From NCBI GenBank assembly GCA_963702435.1, contig CAVPCR010000004.1, positions 320,001 to 384,000 of the forward strand: DNA of 64,000 bases. Reading direction: 5' to 3'. The DNA is from Candidatus Eiseniibacteriota bacterium. Lineage in GTDB: Bacteria > Eisenbacteria > RBG-16-71-46 > CAVPCR01. The translations under genes were made by a program, and so were the position numbers. Below are positions 55,737 through 64,000 of this stretch, piece by piece. The notes below the pieces were generated by a model. The model did no database searches. It worked only from the letters and a program-made list of their open reading frames with translations, and was not told the DNA's origin. The first letter of the stretch is position 1, and every line of letters begins with the position of its first letter.

Positions 55737-57761
55737 TCAGCGGTCGACGACGACGACGCGCTGGACCGCCGATTCGGTGCCGGCGGTGAGCTGCAAGAAA
55801 TAGACGCCAGGCGCGAGATCCTGCGCCAAGGCGAAGCGATGGGTGCCGCTCGCCTGCTCGCCGTCGGCGAGCCGCGCGGCGACGCGGCCGGCGACATCCA
55901 CCACGCGGAGCGCGACGCGCCCGGAGCGAGGCAGCGTGTACTCGCCGGCAAAGGGGCCCGGGGCGGGGTTCGGGTGGATCGGCGCGAGACTCAAGGCCAA
56001 CCCGGGCGCGCCCGGCGCGGCGGGGTCGGCGGGCCCGATCGCCACCGGCGGCACCTCGACCGCGCCGCGGAGGATCCAGAAGTACGGGTCGAAGAGGAGC
56101 GCTACCGGTTCGCCGCCCGCGGGCACCGTGAAGGTCTGGACCTCGAGGCTGTCGGCGATCACCGACCACGTCGTGTCTCCGCCGGCCGTCACCACCCCGA
56201 TGTCGATCGGCATCTTGAACGGCGGGGCATCGATCTGCTCCTGCTCGACGTTCAACGTCACCGCCCAGGCGCCGCCGCCCAGGTTCACGGGCAGCCACCA
56301 GTAGGCGTAGAGGGGCTTCCCCGGGTTGTACACCCACTCGGCGAAGAACCAGTCGAGGCTCTGCCCGTGGAGGTTCTCGGCGAGGGTTTGGAAGTCGGCG
56401 GTCACCGCGTTCCCGTAGGCGTACCGGATCGCCCACTCCCGCAGGAGCTGGCTGAAGAGCGCATCGCCCATCACGTGGCGCAGCATGTGCAGCACCCAGG
56501 CGCCCTTCTTGTAGACCGTGCTGCTGAACAGATAGGTGGGGTCGTACACCGGGCCCTGGAACGAACCGACGTCGAGACTCCGCATGTAGTAAACGTAGGC
56601 GGCAAAGCCCTGCTGATCCTCGACCCACACCGCCTCCGAGAAGGTGGCGAAGCCCTCGTTGAGCCAGATGTCCCGCCAGTCGCCGAGCGTGACCAGGTCG
56701 CCCCACCACTGGTGGGCGAGCTCGTGCGCGACCACCCAGTCGTAGGTGTGATCGCCGCGCACGAGCCCCGCCGAGTAGCTCGTGCAGGTCTGATGCTCCA
56801 TGGCCCCGCCCCACTGGAACATGGCCATGCCGTACTTCTCGTCGAGGAACGGGTACTCGCCGAAGCGGGCGGCGAAGGTCTCGATCATGGGAACGGTGAC
56901 GCTCCAGTCCTCCTGGGCCTGCGCTAGCCGCTCCGGATACGAGTAGAAGACGACCGGCATCGGGTCGTGGCCGGGGACGACGTACTCGTCCTGGAAGACG
57001 ACGTAGTTGGTGGCGGTGACGCTCACGAGGTAGGTCGCGATCGGATAGGACTCGACCCAGTGGAACGTGGTCAGGCCGGGGGCCGACGAGGTCTGCCCGA
57101 GGAGCGTGCCGTTCGACGCGACGACCATGGTGTCGGGCACCGTGAAGTGGAGCGTGGCGGTGGCCTTGTCGTTGGGCACGTCCTTGCACGGCCACCAGTT
57201 CCGGGCGTAGGTGGGCTCGGAGAGCGAGGCCACGATCTGGGCGCCGGAATGCAGGCCGAAATCGAACGCGAGGAATCCGCCGACCGCCGGCTGGCCGGCG
57301 TAGGCCACCCGCACGGTGAACGGCTCGCCGGGGGCGAACGAGCGGTCGAGCGTGATGGTGAGGAGATCGTTCGCGTGCGTGTAGGCGAGCGGCGTGCCGT
57401 TGCGATCGACCTGGCTCACGGTCAACGCGTTGTGCAGATCGAGCACGACCATGGCGAGCGCCGGCACCGTGCTCTCGCTCGTCATGGTGAGGAGGCCGGA
57501 CACCGCTTCGGTCGTGAAGTCGATGTCGAGCGCGAGATCGTAGTGGCGGACGTCGAAGTCCTCCTGGCCTTCCGCCGGCTGAAAGCGGTCCGGATCGCGC
57601 AGCAGCTCGAGCGAGTGCTTGGCGTCGATGAGCGGATGCGGTTCCTCGGGAATCGCCATCCCGGCCGTGGCTGATCCGCCCGCGGTCACCGGGAGGAGGA
57701 GCGCCGTGCACAGCAGCGCGCGAGCGGTCCCCCCCGAGTGGAAGAGCCGAGGAACCTTCAT
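55737..57761 (-). CDS. Secreted M1 family aminopeptidase with C-terminal T9SS-like tail
   Basis: GAMEH, HELAHQWWG-x-WLNEGFA, YKKGAWVLHMLR; tail HPNP..VVDVAGR..PGVYF. An alternative start lies at 57779. Confidence 0.92.
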   Translation of the reverse strand: MKVPRLFHSGGTARALLCTALLLPVTAGGSATAGMAIPEEPHPLIDAKHSLELLRDPDRFQPAEGQEDFDVRHYDLALDIDFTTEAVSGLLTMTSESTVPALAMVVLDLHNALTVSQVDRNGTPLAYTHANDLLTITLDRSFAPGEPFTVRVAYAGQPAVGGFLAFDFGLHSGAQIVASLSEPTYARNWWPCKDVPNDKATATLHFTVPDTMVVASNGTLLGQTSSAPGLTTFHWVESYPIATYLVSVTATNYVVFQDEYVVPGHDPMPVVFYSYPERLAQAQEDWSVTVPMIETFAARFGEYPFLDEKYGMAMFQWGGAMEHQTCTSYSAGLVRGDHTYDWVVAHELAHQWWGDLVTLGDWRDIWLNEGFATFSEAVWVEDQQGFAAYVYYMRSLDVGSFQGPVYDPTYLFSSTVYKKGAWVLHMLRHVMGDALFSQLLREWAIRYAYGNAVTADFQTLAENLHGQSLDWFFAEWVYNPGKPLYAYWWLPVNLGGGAWAVTLNVEQEQIDAPPFKMPIDIGVVTAGGDTTWSVIADSLEVQTFTVPAGGEPVALLFDPYFWILRGAVEVPPVAIGPADPAAPGAPGLALSLAPIHPNPAPGPFAGEYTLPRSGRVALRVVDVAGRVAARLADGEQASGTHRFALAQDLAPGVYFLQLTAGTESAVQRVVVVDR

Positions 57762-58039
57762 GGACGGGAGAACCTCCATCGGGAGCCGGGGGTGAATCGC
57801 GCCGGGACGGATCGCGGGGGCGGGGCGATCGCGAGGGCGCGAGCAGGGCGCGGTCCCGTCGCTCGAGCTGCCGGTGCGGAACCCAAGTGCAGCGACGGGA
57901 TGCCGCGAGACGCACTCGACGCTGATACATTATACACCACGCGCGAACCACGAGACGGACAGGGTGGTTCGGGGGCCGCCGGCCCGGGATCGCAGCGCGC
58001 CGCGGGCGGCCGGATGGCCCGGCGCGAGCGGGGTTTGGG

Positions 58040-58068
58040 TTGACGCACCCGGGCTTGCGGAGGACAAT
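58040..58068 (+). promoter_or_regulatory. Putative sigma70 promoter of the TPR-barrel-PKD operon
   Basis: TTGACG, 17-bp spacer, GACAAT; a divergent TATAAT lies on the minus strand at 57929-57934. Confidence 0.5.
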
Positions 58069-58226
58069 CGTGGGGTTAAGTCACCTTATCGGCCACCGAT
58101 GCGCCGCAGCGAGCGGCGGCTCCCGGTGCCCGTGAGTTCGGCGCCCGGCTCCCCCACGGGTGCGGCCGCGTGCGGGCGCCGGGTCGGCATCGTGGGCGGC
58201 CCCGGGCCGCGGCCTCCGTCAAGACC

Positions 58227-59588
58227 ATGTCCCAATCCTGTCCCCCCAACGCCCGTCGCAGAGCGCGCCTGATCCTCCTCCTGGTGCTCGTCCCGGCTTT
58301 CGCCGGGACGGCCTGTGTTCCGGTCTACGAGCGGCGACTCGACGCGCTCCGCGACGCGGGCGATCTCGCTTCCGCCGCCGACCTCCTGGCCGATGCTGGG
58401 GCCCGCGCTCCCGAGAACCCCGGCATCCGCCGGGAGACGGGGATTCTCTTCTTCGAGCGCGGCGAGACGGAGGAGGCGATCGCGGAGCTCGAGAAGTCCC
58501 TGGCGCTGGACCCGACCGATGCGCGCGCCGCGGTCTACCTCGGTGCTGCGTACGAAACGGCGGGACGCTTCAGCGAGGCCGCGGCGTGCTACCGGCAGGC
58601 GGCTGCTACATCCACGGCAGACGCCGGCGTCGCGGCGGCCCTCGCCTGCCAGCGGAGTCTCGTCGAGTCGCGCCATCTCGGGGATCTGATCGCCGCACGC
58701 CTCGCCGCGGAGAAGGCCGGCACCCTGCCCGCGGCAGAGCGGATCCTCTTCCTGCCGTTCTCCGTGTACGGCACGAACCCGGAGGCGATGACCCTCCGCC
58801 TCGGGCTCGCGGCGGTGGCGAGCGCCGACTGGCGGGGGACTCCGCCGGCAGTCCCATTCGCCGAGCTGGATGCCTTGTTCGCGGCGCTCGGTGTGCCGAC
58901 CGAACGCACGATCGACGCGGAGATGCAGGAGCGCCTCGCGCGTCTCACCGGCGCGCGCTATGTGATCACCGGTCAGATCTCGGAGCTGCGCGAGCTCGTT
59001 TCGGTGGCTCCGGTCCTCATCGATCGCGGCGCTCCGGCCGGCGCGGATTCGTCGGGGGCGGAATCCGGCGCAGCATCGGCGCAGGAGACGCGTCTCGCCT
59101 ACCAGCAGGAGCATGTCGGTGCGCTCGTGGTGCTCGAGGAGGAGCTCCTGCAGAATGTCGCCTCGGCCCTCGCCGTCGAGCTCGCGGCGGCGGATGCCGC
59201 TGCCGCCCGCCGCTTCTCGGCGCGCAGCGGCCAGGCCATCGCCCTCTACGGTGAGGCGCTCTTCCTCGAGCGATCGGGGGATCCGGCCGCCGCCGCCGAG
59301 CGACTTGCCGCGGCGACCGCTCTCGATCCGGAGTTCGATCTCGCGCGTGATGCGAGTCTCCGTCTCTCATCCTGCCCTGGCGCGGCCGGGGACCCGGCCG
59401 CTCTCATCAGCTCCTACGAGCGCGCGCGCCGGGAGATGGCCGGAGACGACCGCGAGCGCGAGCTCCTCGCCGGGACCACGGAGACCGTGGGGCGCGTCGG
59501 CGGCGCGGAGGGCGAGAGCGACAACTACTCGGTCAACCGGGCGGGTTCCTCGGGGTCGGCGGTGTTCCCGGTGCGGCTGCCGCGATGA
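58227..59588 (+). CDS. TPR-repeat lipoprotein with a central CsgG/FlgO/TolB-N-like alpha/beta domain
   Basis: Lipobox-like AGTAC; TPRs (EAIAELEKSLALDP, LGAAYETAG, ALDPEF); ILFLPF...GLAAV..AD and ARLTGARYVITGQI. Confidence 0.65.
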   Translation: MSQSCPPNARRRARLILLLVLVPAFAGTACVPVYERRLDALRDAGDLASAADLLADAGARAPENPGIRRETGILFFERGETEEAIAELEKSLALDPTDARAAVYLGAAYETAGRFSEAAACYRQAAATSTADAGVAAALACQRSLVESRHLGDLIAARLAAEKAGTLPAAERILFLPFSVYGTNPEAMTLRLGLAAVASADWRGTPPAVPFAELDALFAALGVPTERTIDAEMQERLARLTGARYVITGQISELRELVSVAPVLIDRGAPAGADSSGAESGAASAQETRLAYQQEHVGALVVLEEELLQNVASALAVELAAADAAAARRFSARSGQAIALYGEALFLERSGDPAAAAERLAAATALDPEFDLARDASLRLSSCPGAAGDPAALISSYERARREMAGDDRERELLAGTTETVGRVGGAEGESDNYSVNRAGSSGSAVFPVRLPR

Positions 59589-60778
59589 AGCGGATCAGCA
59601 CATGCTTCGCGCTCGCCGGGCTCGTGCTGGCGATGCCTGCGGTCGCCGACCAACCCGGACCGGAGCCGCTGGTCATGGCCCCCGCGTCCGAGCTCCTGCC
59701 CGGGGATCGCGTGTTCCCGCTGGCGGTGGCCGCGACCGAGGTCGAGATGGCCCTCGACTACCGGACGTGGTCGGTCGAGGAGGAGAACGGCGAGTCGAGC
59801 GTCGACCAACTCGCGTTCCCCGTGGTCGTGCGAAGCCGGCTCCACGCCAATCTCGATTTCTCCTACCTCTTCACCGTCGCCTCGTCCTCGCTCGACTTCG
59901 AGAGCGGGGGCGACGATCTCTCCGGCATCACCGACGGCAAGCTCGGCGTGACCTATCTCCTGCCCGATCGCCGCTTCTCGCTCGGCTTCGGCCTGCGCAT
60001 CCCGTCCGGCGAGAGCGAGCTCGATCCCGGCGAGGAGACCGTGGCGCAGGTCCTGAACGACCGCATCCTCGGCTTTCGCGTGAAGCGGTACGGCGAGGGT
60101 CTCGACGTCGAGATGCGCGGCGGCTACGCGACGACCCTGGGCAGCCGGACGGCGGTGGCCGCCGCCGTCTCGTACCTGGTGAAGGGGAACTTCCCGATCC
60201 TCGACCCCTCGACTGAGGCGGAGTCCACCTACGAGCCGGGGAGCGAGTTCTCCGTCGTGGGGCAGATCAGCTCCCGCGCTGCGGCCCGCGACTTGAGCGG
60301 CCGGCTCCGCATCGCCGCCTACGGCCGCGACCGGCGGGACGGGGTGGACGAGATCGAGGAGGCAGCCGAGGTGGAGCTCGACCTCGGCGTGGTCGAGGAG
60401 CACCTGGCCGGCGTCGTGGTGCTCGACACATCGTTCCTGCTCAAGGGGAACACGCAGATCCTGAGCGCGGACGGGCTCACTCCGGTGCGCGATGTCGGCG
60501 GCAACATCTGGCGTCTCGGCGGCGGATTCTACGGAAAGCTCGATGCACGGAGCGAGCTCGGAGGGCGGGCCGACCTGAGCCTGTACGGAGAAGGCGAGCA
60601 AGGGACCGGCGACGGTCTCGTCTTCGCGATCGGCCCCCGTTACCGCCGCGACCTGGGCGGCGGTCTTGCCGCGGGTCTCGGCTACACCTTCTCCGTGGGC
60701 AACACCGAGGACGGCACGATCGATCTGACCGGGCACGATCTGACGGTCACGCTCGGCTACGGCTGGGGGCGGCGATGA
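59585..60778 (+). CDS. Putative outer-membrane beta-barrel protein
   Basis: Signal peptide; alternating amphipathic strands; LGFGLRIPSG; C-terminal LTVTLGYGW. Confidence 0.65.
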   Translation: MKRISTCFALAGLVLAMPAVADQPGPEPLVMAPASELLPGDRVFPLAVAATEVEMALDYRTWSVEEENGESSVDQLAFPVVVRSRLHANLDFSYLFTVASSSLDFESGGDDLSGITDGKLGVTYLLPDRRFSLGFGLRIPSGESELDPGEETVAQVLNDRILGFRVKRYGEGLDVEMRGGYATTLGSRTAVAAAVSYLVKGNFPILDPSTEAESTYEPGSEFSVVGQISSRAAARDLSGRLRIAAYGRDRRDGVDEIEEAAEVELDLGVVEEHLAGVVVLDTSFLLKGNTQILSADGLTPVRDVGGNIWRLGGGFYGKLDARSELGGRADLSLYGEGEQGTGDGLVFAIGPRYRRDLGGGLAAGLGYTFSVGNTEDGTIDLTGHDLTVTLGYGWGRR

Positions 60779-61725
60779 TCCCGCGCGCGGCGACGGTCCT
60801 GCGCGCAGCGATGATCCCGCGCGCGGCGATGGTCCTGCGCACGAGGCCCCGGCGCGCGCGTTGCGTTACCGCGCTCGGCCTCCTGGCCGTCCTGCTCCTC
60901 GCCGCGCGCTGCGCCGACGATCCCGCCGTCGCTCCCTTCCTGCCGCCCGGCGAGGCGGCGATCGAGCTCCGGCTCCTGGCCGGCGAGCTGGCGCCTCCTC
61001 CCGCGCCCGGCGCCCCGGCGGGGCCGGGGGTCGCCCCCTGCGAGCCGCCGCTGCCGGGTCTCGGGGACGTGGTCGCGGTCGAGATCGTGCTGCGCGCCGG
61101 GAGCGGCGAGGCGCAAACGCACAGCTTCGAGATCCCGGCCCACACCGAGTCGAGCGAGCTCGTGATCGACGGACTCGCGGCCGGCAACGGCTATCGCGCG
61201 ACCGTTACCGCGAGCGTGGACAAGGAGCCGCTGTTCACGGGCGAGAGCGGCGTCTTCGCGGTGCAGCCGGGCAGCCGCGCCACCGTCGCCGTCCCCCTCC
61301 TGCCGGTCGGCCGCCGCGCCGTGCTCGCGGTCGGGAAGCCCGCTCCCTCCGGGGACGACGTGATCCTGCCCATCCTGGCTGCGAACTCGCTCCCGCTCCG
61401 CGGGGTCGAGCTCGATCTCTGCTACGACCCCGCCGTGCTCCTCCCGATCGGGGCGGCGGCGGCAGGATCGCGCGTCGCCGCCTTTCGCGGCGCCGGCGGC
61501 GAGCCCGTGGAGAGCGGTATCTATCGCGCCGTTCTGTGGTCGGAGGACGGCGCGGCGCGCATCGGTGCCGGGCAGGACCAGGTTCTCGAGCTCCGTTTCC
61601 GTTTCCAGGCCGGTGTGCCGGCCGGCACCGTGACCGACCTCGTCTTCGTCGCTGCCCTGGTCGCCGATGATGCTGCGGCGCCGCCGTTCGCGACGTACTT
61701 CCTCGACGGGCAGGTGACGCGATGA
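60775..61725 (+). CDS. Putative lipoprotein with C-terminal cohesin-like domain
   Basis: LLLAARC; VILPILAANSLPLRGVELDLCYDPAVL and VLELRF. The start is ambiguous because of a 36-bp duplication. Confidence 0.6.
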   Translation: MIPRAATVLRAAMIPRAAMVLRTRPRRARCVTALGLLAVLLLAARCADDPAVAPFLPPGEAAIELRLLAGELAPPPAPGAPAGPGVAPCEPPLPGLGDVVAVEIVLRAGSGEAQTHSFEIPAHTESSELVIDGLAAGNGYRATVTASVDKEPLFTGESGVFAVQPGSRATVAVPLLPVGRRAVLAVGKPAPSGDDVILPILAANSLPLRGVELDLCYDPAVLLPIGAAAAGSRVAAFRGAGGEPVESGIYRAVLWSEDGAARIGAGQDQVLELRFRFQAGVPAGTVTDLVFVAALVADDAAAPPFATYFLDGQVTR

Positions 61726-64000
61726 ACGCCTCGTGCGGTCCGCGCCGCGCACTCAGGGCGTTGCCCGTCTGTCTGATGCTCGTGGCCACCGGTCTCGCGG
61801 CGGCCGCTGCGCCGGCCCGCGCCCAGAGCCCGCCCGTCTCGGTGCCCGGCGGACCCTATGCCGGCAACGAGGGCGAACTGATCGCCTTCGACGGCACGGG
61901 CTCCTTCGATCCCGACGGCGGCGCGCTGACCTACCTCTGGGATTTCGGCGACGGCGGGACCGCCACCGAGGCCGCGCCCACTCACACCTTCACGACCGGC
62001 GGCCTTTTCACGGTGACGCTCGTCGTGACTGACGGTGAAGACCTCTCCGATACCGGTACGACGTCGGCCGGCGTGAACGGGACGCCGGTGGCGGAGGCGA
62101 ACGGGCCGTACACGGGAAACGAGGGAGCGGCCATCAGCTTCTCGTCGGCGGGGTCGAGCGATCCGGACGGGGATGCGCTCACGTACCGGTGGACGTTCGG
62201 GGACGGGGCGACCTCGACGGCGGCGAACCCGACGCACACCTACGTGACGGGCGGGCCGTTCACGGCGACGCTGCAGGTGACGGATCCGGGCGGGCTGTTC
62301 AACGAAGACACGGCGGCGGTTACGGTGAACGGGACGCCGGTGGCGGAGGCGAACGGGCCGTACACGGGAAACGAGGGAGCGGCCATCAGCTTCTCGTCGG
62401 CGGGGTCGAGCGATCCGGACGGGCAGCCGCTCACCTATCGGTGGGACTTCGGGGATGGGGGGACATCCACCCAGGCCAATCCGAACCACACGTACACAAC
62501 CGGTGGGACCTTCGCAGTGACGCTCCGCGTCACCGATCCCGACGACCTCTTCGACGAAGACACGACGACGGCAACCGTGAATCGGCCGCCGGTGGCGGAG
62601 GCGAACGGGCCGTACACGGGGAACCAGGGCCAGTCGATCGCGTTCTCATCGGCGGGGTCGAGCGATCCCGACGGGGATGCGCTCACGTACCTGTGGACGT
62701 TCGGGGACGGGGCGACGTCGACGGCGGCGAATCCGAGCCACACCTACGCGACGGGCGGGGTATTCAGTGTCGTCCTCCGCGTCACCGACCCTGACAATCT
62801 GTTCGATGAGGACACGGCGACGGCGACGGTGAACCGGCCGCCGGTGGCGGAGGCGAACGGGCCGTACGCGGGGAACGAGGGAGCGTCCATCAGCTTCTCG
62901 TCGGCGGGATCGAGCGATCCCGAGGGGCAGGCGCTCGCCTATCTGTGGACGTTCGGGGACGGGACGACGTCGACGGCGGCCAATCCCAGTCATGCTTACA
63001 CGCCGGGCGGCGCCTTCAACGTGACGCTCCGCGTGACCGATCCCGGTGGGCTCTTCAGCGAGGACACGGCGACGGCGACGGTGAACCGGCCGCCGGTGGC
63101 GGATGCGAACGGGCCGTACACGGGGAACGAGGGAGCGTCCATCAGCTTCTCGTCGGCGGGATCGGGCGACCCGGACGGGGGCGCCGTGACCTATCGCTGG
63201 AACTTCGGGGACGGGTCGACCTCGACGGTGGCGAACCCGAGCCATACCTACGCGACCGGGGGCGTGTACACGGTGACGCTCGTGGTCACCGATCCAGGCG
63301 GGTTGACCGCGACGGATCTCACGAGCGCGACGGTGAGCGGGACGCCGGTAGCGGAGGCGAACGGGCCGTACACAGGGAACCTGGGCCAGGCGATCGCGTT
63401 CTCGTCGGCGGGGTCGAGCGATCCCGACGGGCAGCCGCTCACGTATCTGTGGACGTTCGGGGACGGGACGACGTCGACGGCGGCGAATCCGAGCCACACC
63501 TACGCGACGGGCGGGGTATTCAATGCCATCCTTCGCGTGACCGACCCGGGCGGGTTGTTCGATGAGGACACGGCGACGGCGACGGTGAACCGGCCGCCGG
63601 TGGCGGAGGCGAACGGGCCGTACGCTGGGAACCAGGGCGCACCGATCGCGTTCTCGTCGGCGGGATCGAGCGACCCGGAGGGGCAGGCGCTCACGTACCT
63701 GTGGACGTTCGGAGACGGGACGACGTCGACGGCGGCCAATCCCAGTCACGCTTACACGCCGGGCGGCACCTTCGACGTGACGCTCCGCGTGACGGACCCG
63801 GGGGGGCTCTTCAGCGAGGACACGGCGACGGCGACGGTGAACCGGCCGCCGGTGGCGGAGGCGAACGGGCCGTACACGGGAAACGAGGGAGCGACCATCA
63901 GCTTCTCGTCGGCGGGATCGGGCGACCCGGACGGGGGCGCCGTGACCTATCGCTGGAACTTCGGGGACGGGTCGACCTCGACGGTGGCGAACCCGAGCCA
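61722..64000 (+). CDS. Large secreted tandem-PKD-domain protein, runs off the window; missing from the ORF track
   Basis: MNASCGPRRALRALPVCLMLVATGLAAAAAPARA signal; 84-aa units PVAEANGPY.GNEG..I.FSSAGSSDPDG..LTY.W(D/T/N)FGDG..ST.ANP.H.Y..GG.F.VTL.VTD. Confidence 0.92.
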   Translation, partial: MNASCGPRRALRALPVCLMLVATGLAAAAAPARAQSPPVSVPGGPYAGNEGELIAFDGTGSFDPDGGALTYLWDFGDGGTATEAAPTHTFTTGGLFTVTLVVTDGEDLSDTGTTSAGVNGTPVAEANGPYTGNEGAAISFSSAGSSDPDGDALTYRWTFGDGATSTAANPTHTYVTGGPFTATLQVTDPGGLFNEDTAAVTVNGTPVAEANGPYTGNEGAAISFSSAGSSDPDGQPLTYRWDFGDGGTSTQANPNHTYTTGGTFAVTLRVTDPDDLFDEDTTTATVNRPPVAEANGPYTGNQGQSIAFSSAGSSDPDGDALTYLWTFGDGATSTAANPSHTYATGGVFSVVLRVTDPDNLFDEDTATATVNRPPVAEANGPYAGNEGASISFSSAGSSDPEGQALAYLWTFGDGTTSTAANPSHAYTPGGAFNVTLRVTDPGGLFSEDTATATVNRPPVADANGPYTGNEGASISFSSAGSGDPDGGAVTYRWNFGDGSTSTVANPSHTYATGGVYTVTLVVTDPGGLTATDLTSATVSGTPVAEANGPYTGNLGQAIAFSSAGSSDPDGQPLTYLWTFGDGTTSTAANPSHTYATGGVFNAILRVTDPGGLFDEDTATATVNRPPVAEANGPYAGNQGAPIAFSSAGSSDPEGQALTYLWTFGDGTTSTAANPSHAYTPGGTFDVTLRVTDPGGLFSEDTATATVNRPPVAEANGPYTGNEGATISFSSAGSGDPDGGAVTYRWNFGDGSTSTVANPS
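61833..64000 (+). repeat. 252-bp coding tandem repeat: 8 complete units plus a partial ninth
   Basis: Unit starts at 61833, 62085, 62337, 62589, 62841, 63093, 63345, 63597, 63849. Confidence 0.93.

Noticed and set aside
61833..64000. Regular repeats as a possible CRISPR array
   Set aside because: The 252-bp period is in frame and encodes PKD domains; there are no unique spacers and no cas genes.

Overview
This is a very GC-rich bacterial chromosomal window with about 48 genes. I found no recognisable rRNA, tRNA, CRISPR array, integrase or transposase. Four secreted enzymes carry a C-terminal 'PNP..(I/V)(Y/F/V)DxxGR..G(V/I)Y' Ig-like tail (FlgD_ig/T9SS type A-like): an HExxH protease, a C25 protease, a BNR propeller and an M1 peptidase. 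Together with a GldA/F/G-like ABC transporter and futalosine-type menaquinone genes, this suggests an FCB-superphylum-like lineage (inference only). Housekeeping genes include GSIII, folE, asnA, a yitJ-type homocysteine methyltransferase/MTHFR, and two menaquinone clusters (ubiD-mqnA-amidohydrolase; ubiA-ubiX-menG). The most notable items are: (1) a translationally coupled operon of TPR/CsgG-like lipoprotein, beta-barrel, cohesin-like lipoprotein and a large tandem-PKD protein, which looks like a dedicated surface-display system; (2) two photoreceptor genes (BLUF behind folE; a CarH-like B12 regulator behind a DUF4397 lipoprotein with a palindromic operator); (3) a SlyD/tRNA-binding-domain fusion with an internal ribosome-binding site; (4) a candidate + strand structured ncRNA at 49605-49749; (5) a C25 protease lacking the usual catalytic His; (6) a DUF6599-DUF362-polyferredoxin-aldo/keto reductase cluster whose 3' half (about 33.0-35.1 kb) is full of indels, probably sequencing errors. 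All family assignments come from motif recognition by eye, not from database searches.
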